Positions 33,901 through 46,084 of a DNA stretch of 64,000 nucleotides are shown in pieces. Under the pieces are notes generated by a model. That model saw only the letters and a list, made by a program, of their open reading frames with translations. It was not told where the DNA came from and made no database searches. How positions within the stretch are numbered: the first letter of the stretch is position 1; the number at the start of each line of letters is the position of its first letter. The position numbers and the translations under genes were made by a program. Where the stretch lies: assembly GCA_002269645.1 (NCBI GenBank), contig NIVC01001823.1:62001-126000 (forward strand), in the 5' to 3' direction. Source of the DNA: Macrostomum lignano (Eukaryota).

Positions 33901-35927
33901 AGCGGGAGCAGGTGAGTGAGGCTGGGTTCATCATCAGAATGCTGAGATCCGCATGCAACTGGAAGCCCATTAACTTTGCTCAATTTTAAATTCGCAACTG
34001 AGTGGCGCCCAGCCTCCAGCAGCTTCTGTGACTGCGAATGTCGGCTTGGGTGCTGAAACAAGCGGCAGGCGAAATTGAAAAGAAAACTCTGATGCCGATT
34101 TGCTGAGCCGGGCCATTGGGTTTTGAATTCACAGGCTCCGATGGTAGCAGAGTGGGTGCAGCGGTGCTTGGGTGACCTACGATAGGCAGCATGACTCTGC
34201 TGAGGTGCTGCTGCTCTCACTTGGAAAATTTCAAACAAAATAAACCGAAGCCGCCCTGACTGCCTGATTGGTGCCTTGCTGCGGGGCACTGAGTCCTGAT
34301 AATAACTTGTCGACAATCAAATGACACGGCCTCAATCGAACGATATCTTAAATAATTTTCATATTTTTTTCTTAATGATATAACTTGAAATTCCCAACCA
34401 GCCAAGCCAAAAACTGCAGTTTCAAACCAACCCATGTTTTTCACTCCCCACAAAGCCATTTTCCGCTCACTGCGCTCTGCAGGCAGCCAACCTGCTGTGA
34501 CAGCCACGGCGTGCGGTGTGCGGCCTGCACAGGACACGTGCCATGCGATCCAGTGCTGCAGCAGTTTCTGTGAGGACAGAATTAGAAAACTGCTTCCATT
34601 CGGTGCTGATGTTCACCTCATTCGGGCGACCAGACCGAGCTCGACCAACGAGCTCAGAGTGAGCTTCAGCTTCCAAGAAAAATACATCATGAGACGGCTG
34701 AGCACAGTCCAGGGCCAGCTGTTTACACTCATCAAGTTCATCTTCAAGAGACACTTGCCGCTCAATCTGGACACACCTGGACTCAAGACCTACCATGCAA
34801 AGACTCTGCTCTTCTTTATGCTGGAGAAGCATGGCACAGATCCTGAAACTGGCGCTTGGCAGCCCCACAATCTGATCGCTCTGCTTAAGGAGTCTCTCGA
34901 CAGGATGCTGAGCTTCATCGACTCGAGCAGCTCGCCCGATGAGTGCATGCCGCACTTCTTCATGCCCGACGCTCCGCTCTACTTCAAGAACGCTGGAATC
35001 GGCGGCGACTTCGACAACACAAAGGCGAGGGTTCGAGACCGACTTTGTGAGCTGAGAAGCGACGTCGGCGGAGTGGCCGAGCAGCTGAGGAGACTCGTGA
35101 GACCTCTGCAGTCAGAGAAGTTCTACTTTTACATGTTCACTCTGCTGCCTCTGACAGCGCCGCCTGCTGTCACGGAGATCAGGAAAGGAATGTATTCTCC
35201 AAAAATGTACTACAAGTTTGCAGACGTTTACAGTGTGGTGCACCAGTGTGTGAGCGAGCTGCAGTCGGAATCGAGCGACAGAGACACCCTGATGAGGCAG
35301 CTCAGTCTCCTTCATGAGCTGCAGTGGTGCAAGTGCGCCGCCCTGTGCATGACCGCCATGGCGCATTTGAAGTTCGGAGAATCTGAGGAGGCTGAAAGAC
35401 TCGCGATGGAGCTGCAGAGACATCAGGTTGAGTATCAGGTTGATTCAGGGTTGAAGCCACAGAATATTGAAACAGATCAATTTAGGTCTACTGAATTGCC
35501 ATCAGACTCAGACTGGGCGTGGAGGTTCTGCCTCCCCTGCGACTCTCCGCCTCGCTTCCCATTCCTTCCCGAGTTCACGCAGACTCTGTTCACAGCCAGA
35601 CTGTCGCAGCCTCTCTCCTCCCACCTGTACGTGAACTTCCGCTGTCTGAGCTGGAGTCTCCAAGCTGAGCTGCTCCGCAATCGCGCACCTGCAATCGCAT
35701 TCGATCATTGGATTGAACAGCTGCTTGGAGACCCGGACTTGGAGGAGCTGCTCACTCTGGCTCACTACAGCGACTGCCGCGAGCACGTGGAGCTCAGCCT
35801 GCAGCAGATGGAGATGATCGAGAAAGAGAGACGCGTCGCCATGGAGACACAGGACGAGGAGAAGATCGGTTGGGTCAGGCAGAAGCTGAAGAGACTTGAT
35901 GAAGCCCGCCAGAGTCCTCAAAATTGA
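30930..35927 (+). CDS. Ankyrin-repeat cGAS-like receptor (Mab-21 nucleotidyltransferase), copy 1
   Basis: Phase-consistent exons 30930-32590 (38-aa repeats plus canonical ANK TALMLAA..GH), 33063-33116, ~33467-33911 (GSYAEGW...DSDID) and 34483-35927 (QDTCHAIQC, ELRVSFSFQE, KTYHAKTLLF, CMPHFFMP). Confidence 0.78.
33222..33480. repeat. 50-bp intronic tandem repeat (paralog 63290-63650)
   Basis: Unit CTCTCAGCTCTCCTGCTTGAGATGCCAGTCTGAGTGCTGCAGCAGCTGCA. Confidence 0.88.
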
Positions 35928-36829
35928 GTCTTAAAGTCGGAACAGGAAGGCTGAGTCAGAGTGACTGTCTGGTTCGGTGTTCGATAATGACACAATTTAC
36001 TTTGGAGTTGTTCAAACTGTTTATTCTGATGCATGCTTAATTGTTGAGGCTTGTCTGGATTTCGCCTGAAAACACCTGGAATCACCTTTACATCTCAACT
36101 CCTGCTATGAACTGCAGTTTTACACATGTGCTGCAATTCAATTTGTACTGCATGCTAAGTTGCTTTTCCGTTCAAACTGCTTGTCTGCTTTGATACGGGC
36201 TTTTCTCTGCGATTTTGTTCTGCGGACTTCAATACCCAATTGCCAATGCTGTTTAATGAAATATTCAAGCCAAATGTACAGGTAGCAGTTGTCGGCATGA
36301 ACCTGGAAAACCCTCCTGAACAATCAGTGACTGACAGCCTGAACGCTCCCAGTGTCTCCCTCTCCTCTCTCCTGAACTCTCTTATTGCTATTCAAATTTC
36401 ATTGACTCAAATGTTTAGCGCTGCACTCAGTATGTTTTCAACTCGCTACTGTTAGCTCGTACTATTTTTATAAAATCATGTTCTGCCCAAACAATAAAAC
36501 ATGGATAGAAAATCAGTTTGCATTGTCTGCTACTGTCAGTAGAATCGAAGACATTCGCAGCGTTAAACAAACGCCAATGCAGTCTCATCCGGCATTCAGT
36601 TTCTGAGTGAACAATCCAGTGCGAACTTCAGCCAGCCATCCGGGATACAAGGAAGCTGCTGCAGATCCCCCAAGTTATTGCAATTTGCTGGAGCCGATCA
36701 TCAGCCAAGGGGCCACCAGGGGAGCGGGACGCGAAGCCCCTTCCCCCTCTTCCTTCCTTTTGCCCCATCCGATTTCGCCACAAATCTTCTGCATCAGTAG
36801 GAGGCTGGAGGCTGATAGGACGGAATTAC

Positions 36830-37010
36830 TCTCCTTTCCTCTTCTCTCCTCTTCTCTCCTCTCCTCTCCTCTCCTCTCCTCTCCTCTCCTCTCCTCTCCT
36901 CTCCTCTCGTTTCCTCTTCTCTCCTCTCCTCTTCTCTCCTCTCCTCTCCTCTCGTTTCCTCTTCTCTCCTCTCCTCTTCTCTCCTCTCTTATCCAGTCCT
37001 CTCCTCGTTT
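36830..37010. repeat. (CCTCT)n microsatellite
   Basis: Direct inspection. Confidence 0.9.
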
Positions 37011-37769
37011 CTCCTGGCCGAGTCTACTGCGGTTTCGCTGACAGTCCCATCGGTCTCTGGTGAATTTGAGCCGTGATCACGAAACAATTGTAGGTTTCGA
37101 TTTGTAGATCGAAATTGAGCTTTGGTCAAAAAGCACGCGGAGCAGACCGCTCCTTCTTTCATAGGATTCTCTAAATGCCTCTTAACCATTTAAGACGCTT
37201 AAGACAAACGCAGTTCTGAGCACAAACTGAACATTGTGGAAGCCATGTACATTAAGAAGTTCAATCCAAAGCTCAGCACTCAGCTGGTGCATAGTTGTGG
37301 GCCGTCATTTACTCCGAGTATTTTAGAGAGGGGGTGCACCTGCACTCTCGCATTCCGATTTGTATCGTTGACTTTGCTGACACTTGTTTGTTTAATTGAT
37401 CCTGTTCTAATGTACTTGAAAACTTTTAGTACAACTGTTTTAATTCACCCATTACGTAATCCACTTCGTTTATAACCCGTGTTTCCAATAAAACTTTAAC
37501 TTCACATCGCATGAGACTGATCTGAGTTGATAGAAACGCGTCGCAAGTGATTAAACCTAAGTAGATTATTTTTTCTGTGTCTGTTAAAGCGATCTACTAT
37601 ACCTAAATGCCTCTCCTTGACAACAGAACTCACTCGCACTGTTTAGAGTGGGGATGATGCAGCCTCTGATGAAGTGTAACCGGAAAGCACTGAACTAGCC
37701 TGTTGTTAGGGGGTCCGCACTGCCCTGTCGAGAGTAGCGGAGTTCAGGGGGGGGAGAGGCTTTCGCATT

Positions 37770-38700
37770 GGCTGAGTTGAATGCAGCCCAACCATAGAGT
37801 CAGATACAGGTGCAGGTGCAGATGGAGGTTGAGTTGGATGCAGCCCAGCCATAGAGTCAGATACAGGTGCAGGCACAGATGGAGGTTGAGTTGGATGCAG
37901 CCCAGCCATAGAGTCAGATACAGGTGCAGGCACAGATGGAGGTTGAGTTGGATGCAGCCCAGCCATAGAGTCAGATACAGGTGCAGGCACAGATGGAGGT
38001 TGAGTTGGATGCAGCCCAGCCATAGAGTCAGATACAGGTGCAGGCACAGATGGAGGTTGAGTTGGATGCAGCCCAGCCATAGAGTCAGATACAGGTGCAG
38101 GTGCAGATGGAGGCTGAGTTGGATGCAGCCCAGCCATAGAGTCAGATACAGGTGCAGGCACAGATGGAGGCTGAGTTGGATGCAGCCCAGCCATAGAGTC
38201 AGATACAGGTGCAGGTGCAGATGGAGGCTGAGTTGGATGCAGCCCAGCCATAGAGTCAGATACAGGTGCAGGCACAGATGGAGGCTGAGTTGGATGCAGC
38301 CCAGCCATAGAGTCAGATACAGGTGCAGGCACAGATGGAGGCTGAGTTGGATGCAGCCCAGCCATAGAGTCAGATACAGGTGCAGGTGCAGATGGAGGCT
38401 GAGTTGGATGCAGCCCAGCCATAGAGTCAGATACAGGTGCAGGCACAGATGGAGGTTGAGTTGGATGCAGCCCAGCCATAGAGTCAGATACAGGTGCAGG
38501 CACAGATGGAGGTTGAGTTGGATGCAGCCCAGCCATAGAGTCAGATACAGGTGCAGGTGCAGATGGAGGCTGAGTTGAATGCAGCCCAGCCATAGAGTCA
38601 GATACAGGTGCAGGTGCAGATGGAGGTTGAGTTGGATGCAGCCCAGCCATTGAGTTAGATACAGGTGCAGGTGCAGATGGAGGTTGAGTTGGATGCATAA
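37770..38700. repeat. 57-bp tandem repeat
   Basis: Unit GATGCAGCCCAGCCATAGAGTCAGATACAGGTGCAGGCACAGATGGAGGTTGAGTTG. Confidence 0.9.
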
Positions 38701-39397
38701 AATCCGTTTGTATAAAATCAGAGGCAGAAGCCAGAAGTAAAAAAGGGCATTTACATAAAAAATATTGGATTATAAAAGGATTTAAAAGGCGGAAGCATTT
38801 ACGGCGAATCACAGGGCTGCAACAGCGTTAAGGTGAGCTCAGCTTTTAGCACTGCTACTTATTTATTTTCTGGGTCATGGGCACTCACGCCTGGTCCAGC
38901 ACTCGCCGTCTTCCCAACTTTTCAACCCAAGCAACTTGCACTTTTGGATGCGAATGCGCGATGAAACGCATTGGTGGCAAACAGATGAGCATTTCTGCTC
39001 TTTCTCTACTGACTTTTATCCATTCAGTTATCATTAATTATGATTCAATAAATAATCGAGCTTTGAAGCGTCCGAACTCCCATTGTCCCGAACTCCCATG
39101 TAACTCCCATTGCGAATTTTTGCGGTGCGCGCCAATCAAACAATAACTTAAATCACATGATTTTCATACTTTTTTTGTATTGTTTTTATATTTTTATTTA
39201 TCTTCTAAGTTTCCGCCTTATAAGAGGTGAAAATGAAGTGAAAAATGCTACCTTTCTGCTTCGATCGTACAAAGGATAATTCATTGAACAGTAGAATACT
39301 GGAAAGTCCCAACCAGCCAAGAGAAAATCTGCACTTTCAAACCAACCCATCTTTTTCACTCGCCACAAAGCGACTCTCCACTCACTGCGCTCTGCAG

Positions 39398-40866
39398 GCA
39401 GCCAACCTGCTGTGACAGCCACGGCGTGCGGTGTGCGGCCTGCACAGGACACGTGCCATGCGATTCTGTGCTGCAGCAGTTTCTGTGAGGACAGAATTGA
39501 AAAACTGACTCCATCCAATAATGATAATGTTCACCTCGTGCGGGCGACCAGACCGAGCTCGACCAACGAGCTCAGAGTGAGCTTCAGTTTCCAAGAGAAA
39601 GACATCATGAGACGGCTGGGCACAGTCCAGGGCCAGCTGTTCACACTCATCAAGTTCATCTTTAAGAGATACTTGCCGCTCACTCTGGACACACCTGGAC
39701 TCAAGACCTACCATGCAAAGACTCTGCTCTTCACAATGCGGGAGAAGCGTGGCTCAGATCCTGAAACTGACGCTTGGCAGCCCCACAATCTGATCGCTCT
39801 GCTCAAGGAGTCTCTCGACATGATGCTGAGCTTCATCGACTCGAGCAGCTCGCCCGATGAGTGCATGCCGCACTTCTTCATGCCCGACGCTCCGCTCTAC
39901 TTCAAGAACGCTGGAATCGGCGGCGACTTCGACAACACGAAAGCGAGGGTTCGAGACCGACTTCGTGAGCTGAGAAGCGACATCGGCGGAGTGGTCGATC
40001 AGCTGAGGAGACTCGTGAGACCTCTGCAGTCACAGAAGTTCTACTTTCACCCGTTCGCTCTGCTGCCTCTGACAGCGCCGCCTGCTGTCACGGAGATCAG
40101 GAAAGGAACTGACAATCCAGAAATGTACTACAAGTTCGCAGACGTGTACAGTATGTTGCACCAGTGTGTGAGCGAGCTGCAGTCGGAATCGAGCGACAGA
40201 GACACCCTGATGAGGCAGCTCAGTCTCCTTCATGAGCTGCAGTGGTGCAAGTGCGCCGCCCTGTGCATGACCGCAATGGCGCATTTGAAGTTCGGAAAAT
40301 CTGAGGAGGCTGAGAGACTCGCGATGGAGCTGCAGAGACATCAGGTTGAGTCAGGGTTAAAGCCACAGGATATTCAAGAAGATGATTTCTTTCCAAGAAG
40401 AATAAACAGAAAAATAAAACTGCCAGATAAGTCAGACTGGGCGTGGAGGTTCTGCCTCCCCTGCGACTCTCCGCCTCGCTTCCCATTCCTTCCCGAGTTC
40501 ACGCAGACTCTGTTCACAGCCAGACTGTCGCAGCCTCTCTCCTCCCACCTGTACGTGAACTTCCGCTGTCTGAGCTGGAGTCTCCAAGCTGAGCTGCTCC
40601 GCAATCGCGCACCTGCAATCGCATTCGATCATTGGATTGAACAGCTGCTTGGAGACCCGGACTTGGAGGAGCTGCTCACTCTGGCTCACTACAGCGACTG
40701 CCGCGAGCACGTGGAGCTCAGCCTGCAGCAGATGGAGATGATCGAGAAAGAGAGACGCGTCGCCATGGAGACGCAGGACGAGGAGAAGATCGGTTGGGTC
40801 AGGCAGAAGCTGGAGAGACTTGAAAAACTCGAGGTCAGAAAAGCAATCTTGGTTAAATCAGACTGA
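39398..40866 (+). CDS. Duplicated Mab-21 C-terminal exon (alternative last exon or orphan)
   Basis: Open paralog of 34483-35927 with the same acceptor CTCTGCAG|GCAGCCAA in the same phase; no NTase exon between 35927 and 39398. Confidence 0.72.
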
Positions 40867-43224
40867 CTGCCTGGTGCGGTGCTCAATGCTGACACAATTT
40901 TCATGCACTTTTGGTTTGATTAGTAAAATGTTAATTTTGATGCCTGCTGACTTGATGAGGGTTTTGCGTGTTCTGCATAAAAACATTTGGTGTCGGCTCT
41001 AATTTTATACTGCGAATGCATGGCTGGAAACTGCCAATATCTGTCTAATTTAGCAACGGAAATGCCGCTTTTTGTTTGTCTGCTTTTCTAGGAAATGAGC
41101 ACATCGAGAGCCATCGACCAGCTATGAACTGCAGTTTTGTACATTTGTGCTGCAATTCAATTCCCACTGCATGCTGACTTGCTTTTCCCGTTCAAACTGC
41201 GTGTCTGCTTTGATGCGGGCTTTTCTCTGCGATTTTGTTCTGCGGACTTCAATACCCACTTGCCAATGCTGTTTAATGAAATATTCAAGCCAAATTCACA
41301 GGTAGCAGTTATCTGCATGAAACTTGAAAATTCAAAGGTCGTCTGGGTCAGGGAGAAGCTGGGGAGACTTGATGCAGAAGCTTGAGTTGAACTCGTATTT
41401 TGTAAGCTTCTCTAGCTTTTGAGAAACTTTTCTGTAAATTTCCAATAAAATTTTAGATGTAGTTGTATGGCTCAAAATATTATGCGTACATGCTTCTGGA
41501 TTGTACAAGCACTTTCTCTCAGAATCAGCTAAATCAGTGTTGTAACCCGGGTCGGCTTGGGTGCCCAGTCCCGAGTACAATATATATTATATGTGATATA
41601 ACAGGCGTTGTGACGCTCTGTCTGTACTTTTATGAATACGACGAGCAGGCGTGGCGACGCTCTGTGATAATAATTCGATCCCTCTGGTGTTGTGACACTC
41701 AGAGTTCACGCTGCGGCTCGAGGTGTGGTGACACTCTCGAGTGCTTCTATTCTCTATACCGTAGGGTGTACGCAATATATATGGTAAACGGTACCGTACT
41801 ACAGAAGCTATATGGTCTCCCGGCGTTATGACGCTCTGGCAAGAATTCGGCCTAGCAAGCTTCCCGAAAAGAAAGGACTCAAACAGCAGGCGGCTTACCA
41901 GTGGCCAGATGACTGTTCACCGTTTATTATTCGTAGGTCTCAAGCGCAGTTTCCGACTTCTTCTTAATTCTCCAAGACTCTTCTCAATTAGGCTATTGTG
42001 TTTCTTTTATCGAAGTAGCTAATGTTGCTGTTTCTTTTATCGAAGTAGCTAATGTTGCTGTTTCTTTTATCAGGTCTCGCGCTTGCCCTCTCGGAGCACA
42101 CCAAAACACAAAAAGTACGCAGGAGGTGGGCAAGAGCCAGAGTCGCACCATAAATAGCACCCAAACCCTGGGGCAGACGGCCCCACCGGCTAAGCTCACC
42201 AAAACAAACCACGCCGGCCCAGCCAATCAAAACTCCGCCTAAGGGGGGAGGGGCTGCGCCCGCGCCAAAGCTGGCCCGGCCGCAGCCAACCAGCCCTGAG
42301 CACGGGGCAGGGGCACGGCTGGGGAGGGGCACGCGCAAAGCCCGGCCGGGGGCCAGACCCTGCCACGCCCGCCAACCCCCCCAACCAGCCCCAAAGTGCA
42401 ACGCGCCCTGCCAACTGACAAGGGCGCATGCACTACATCAGTCTGAAAATAGATTTCTTCATGTACTTTTACCATGTACCCATGTACCAGCCTGACACCT
42501 GACAGCCTGACAGCTCCCTCATGAAAATTCAGTGATTGCCCACCCCCTTGTATTTGCTTAAGTTAAACTGTATTTTTACTCGCAACTGTTTTTGATTTTA
42601 TCTAAAATTACACTCAGCACAAACAATAAACATGGATAGAAAATCAGTTTGCATAGTATGCTACTGACAGCAGAGTCGAAGAAATTCGCAGCCTGAAACA
42701 AACGCCAGTGCAGTCTCAGCCGGCATGCAGTTTCTGAATGAACATCCAGTGCGAACTTCAGCCGGCCATCCGGGATGCCAAGAGGCTGCTGCAGATCCCC
42801 CCAGTTGTTGCACTTCGCCTTTCTCGACTCCCCCTCAGGCAGCAGAGATGCCGCGCACTGATAAGATGGAGCCGATCATCAGCCAAGGGGCCACCACGGG
42901 AGCGGGACACGAAGCCCCTTCCCCTCTCCCTTCCTTTTGCCCCATCCGATCTCGTCACAAATCCTCACCATCATTAGGAGGCTGGTAGGATGGAATTACC
43001 AGCAGAAGAAGCCACGAGCTTCTGCCTGCATTGGTTCGGCTTTCTTAGGGCGAGCGGCTGATGCGGACCAGGCTGTCCGGTCACCGGGAGTGGGGGCTGC
43101 CGCAGTTGTGAGCACAGGGTGTTGATTGGCCACCCCCGTGTGTTTGCTTGAGCTGAGCTGTGCAGCCCGTGCTTTATTTAGCTGAGGGTCAGTGCTGCCT
43201 GCCTGTTTTGGCTGCTTTGGGACT

Positions 43225-43560
43225 TGCCTTTCTGCTGAGCTGAGTGCTGATGCTGGCTCTGATTGCTGCTGAGCTGAGTGCTGATGCTGCCTCTGATTGC
43301 TGCTGAACTGAGTGCTGATGCTGGCTCTGATTGCTGCTGAGCTGAGTGCTGATGCTGGCTCTGATTGCTGCTGAGCTGAGGGCTGATGCTGGCTCTGATT
43401 GCTGCTGAGCTGAGTGCTGATGCTGCCTCTGATTGCTGCTGAGCTGAGTGCTGATGCTGCCTCTGATTGCTGCTGAGCTGAGTGCTGATGCTGGCTCTGA
43501 TTGCTGCTGAGCTGAGTGCTGATGCTGGCTCTGATTGCTGCTGAGCTGAGTGCTGATGAC
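43225..43560. repeat. 34-bp minisatellite GCTGAGCTGAGTGCTGATGCTGGCTCTGATTGCT
   Basis: Direct inspection. Confidence 0.88.
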
Positions 43561-44270
43561 TTTCTCGTCTCCTCTCTCGTCTCATCTCTTTACTCTTCTC
43601 TTCTCTATCTTTTCTCTCATCGCATCTCTCATATCCTTCCTCTTCTCTCCTCTATCCACTCTACTTTTCTCTCTCCCCTGGCCTGCAGCAATTATCTAGA
43701 CTCTTTATCTGGATTATGAGGTTAAAAAATTTTCTGACCCTGTCGCAACAGAATCCTGACTGTACCAACGACCTTGGATCTCTCTATTGCATTCAGTCTC
43801 TCGATCAGGTGAAGTTGAGAGCCGCGATCACTAAGGCAAAGAAGCATGGTTTTTTACCCCAATTAGTACTCCATGGGGTATTAGTCAATTGATTTGGGGT
43901 ACTGTTTTGCCCAGGGATACCCCAGAATAGGGGAATTGCTTTTTTCGAGTTGAAACAGGTTAAGCCTTTCTTTTCTGAAATTAGCATTTGATTAAATACT
44001 ATTTGAATCAGAATATGTACTGTTTTGTGAGTAAAAAATGCATACCATCAGCAGCAAAAGGGCACTAACTTGAAGTAAGTCAGTGGACAGAGTTGGTGTG
44101 GATGTGGGAGGGGGTGCATATTGAAGCCAGACTGGCCGAGCAAACTTGCCGGGAGGGGAAGGGAATTGGGATCCTGCCGAGGCTGGGTATGAGTCTTTGT
44201 ACATCTGCTCGTGGGGTGAGCCATACTAAGAGTTAGAGAGAAAGTTGCTTCAAGACTGTAATTTTATGGG

Positions 44271-44542
44271 GGGGCTTCATGAGACCTAAATTTCACAACG
44301 CCTAAATTTCAAATTGCCTAAAATAAAAAACGCAGCCTCCTTCACAATGCCTAAATTTCAAAACGCCTGAATCTCTGCACGCTCCTTCACATTCAGTTTT
44401 AGGTGTTGTGAAATTTAGGCGATATGAAATTTAGGCGATATGAAGTGGCGATTTTAGGCCTTGTGAAATTTCGATGTCATGTTTTTTGGTCTTGTGAAAT
44501 ATGATGTTTTGGCATTGTGAAATTTTGGTCTTATGAAGCCCC
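44271..44542. mobile_element. MITE-like palindromic element (second partial copy about 44680-44830)
   Basis: Termini GGGGCTTCATGAGACCTAAATTTC and GAAATTTTGGTCTTATGAAGCCCC, internal CCTAAATTTCA repeats in both orientations; TSD not resolved. Confidence 0.55.
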
Positions 44543-46084
44543 ACCAGAGAGAGTTGGAATTGTGAAGGTAATACTCAGTCCTCAGAGTGGGCCCACAGCC
44601 CCCAGGGCCATTGTTAATGACCCAATAAGCCATGCAGTCAAACATTAGCAGCTGAATATAAACTTTGGAGACGCTTTTCATTAGACCTAAATTTCATATC
44701 GCCTAAATTTCACAACACCTAAAACGGAATGGGGAGGAGTGTGCAGAGATTTTAGGCGTTGTGAAATTTAAGTGATGTAAAGTCCTGTGCTTTAAAGGCG
44801 TTGTGAAATTTAGGTCTGATGAAGTGCCCCCAAGCATTGATTAATATTGATTGATTTTTCGGCTAGAATCACAATTTTTATAAGAATTCAGGTATTAGGA
44901 ATTCCATGGGGTATTACTCCTCCAAAATGGGGTACTACTCAGAGGCTTGATACCCCAAATTGGGTACCAATCAACAGCGAGAAAAGCACTGCTTGGGTTG
45001 TCACTAAGATCCTCAGCCTTATTTTTTGTCAGTTGGGTCTCAACCAAGGCAAAAAACCAAGCATTTCAGTGATTCTGTCTGCATCAAATCATCACCTTTT
45101 CCGCTCAAAAAATATTCCGCTCAAAAGTATTGCTCGCTTAAGCAAATGCGAGCCTTTCATGTTGCCATAAAGTGGTGAGCTCACAATGCACCACATAAGT
45201 AATCTCTCCCTAGAACGCATCGTTGCGTTAATTGAAAGTGAATCACGAACTGAGTATTCAATGGATCAGTATTGCAACAACCCTTCTAGGGGCCCCTGTC
45301 AGCTTTGCCTCTAATGAATTGCAGAGGTTGGTTTTTGCAAGACACATTTCATTTCCATTTGCCAGCTGTCTCATTGTAGAATATTCTGCAAGGTCCAAAA
45401 AGCCTTTTTTATGTTTGACATCGGAATCCTCATTGCCAACTGAGCCGGCTTGTGAGAATTCAATCTTAATTATAAAATCGGACGTTTATTTAAAAAACAG
45501 GGTAGTAAGCTTCGATATCACAGGAAGGAAGCAAGTTGGCCTACAAACACAAATATTCTGACTGCAGTTATTGTGCATCTTCCACAGCTAGCATTGGCCT
45601 CTGTCGCAAATCATCGAATTCAAATGGGCTTCTGTAAACGGATTTATCATACAAATACGCCCCAGCTCCACTCCACAGAAGGTCACTTGTCAATCAGGGT
45701 GACGAGAATGTTCGGCAGGCCGTACAGAATCATGTTGAATGACGTCCGGTTCGCTGCGGCCGCATCCGCCTCGGAGCCGTCGGTGGCCGCAGCTCCAGCT
45801 GGCGTCTCCGTCATCACTGTTCCAGCATCCGCGCTAGTAGCTGTCGCGGCATCCTGCAGAGCCTGACCGTCAGGCACTTCAGCGGCTGCTGCGGCTGCGT
45901 CACCATTGATCGCCTCGACAGTTGCAGGGGCCGCAGGCTCGTCAGAAGCTGCAGCTGCGGAATCCTCGGGGTTGGCGCGCTTGTACGGCTCGTAGACAAA
46001 GTTGACGGCTTGGCCCACCGTCTTGCCGCCCTCGAGCACGTCTGAGGGATTTCGAAGGCAAGTTTGGGGAACTGTTAGCTTTGA

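Noticed and set aside
37706-38812. 368-aa mucin-like ORF (19-aa repeat)
   Set aside because: It is a 57-bp tandem repeat, open on both strands, with no signal peptide or splice context.
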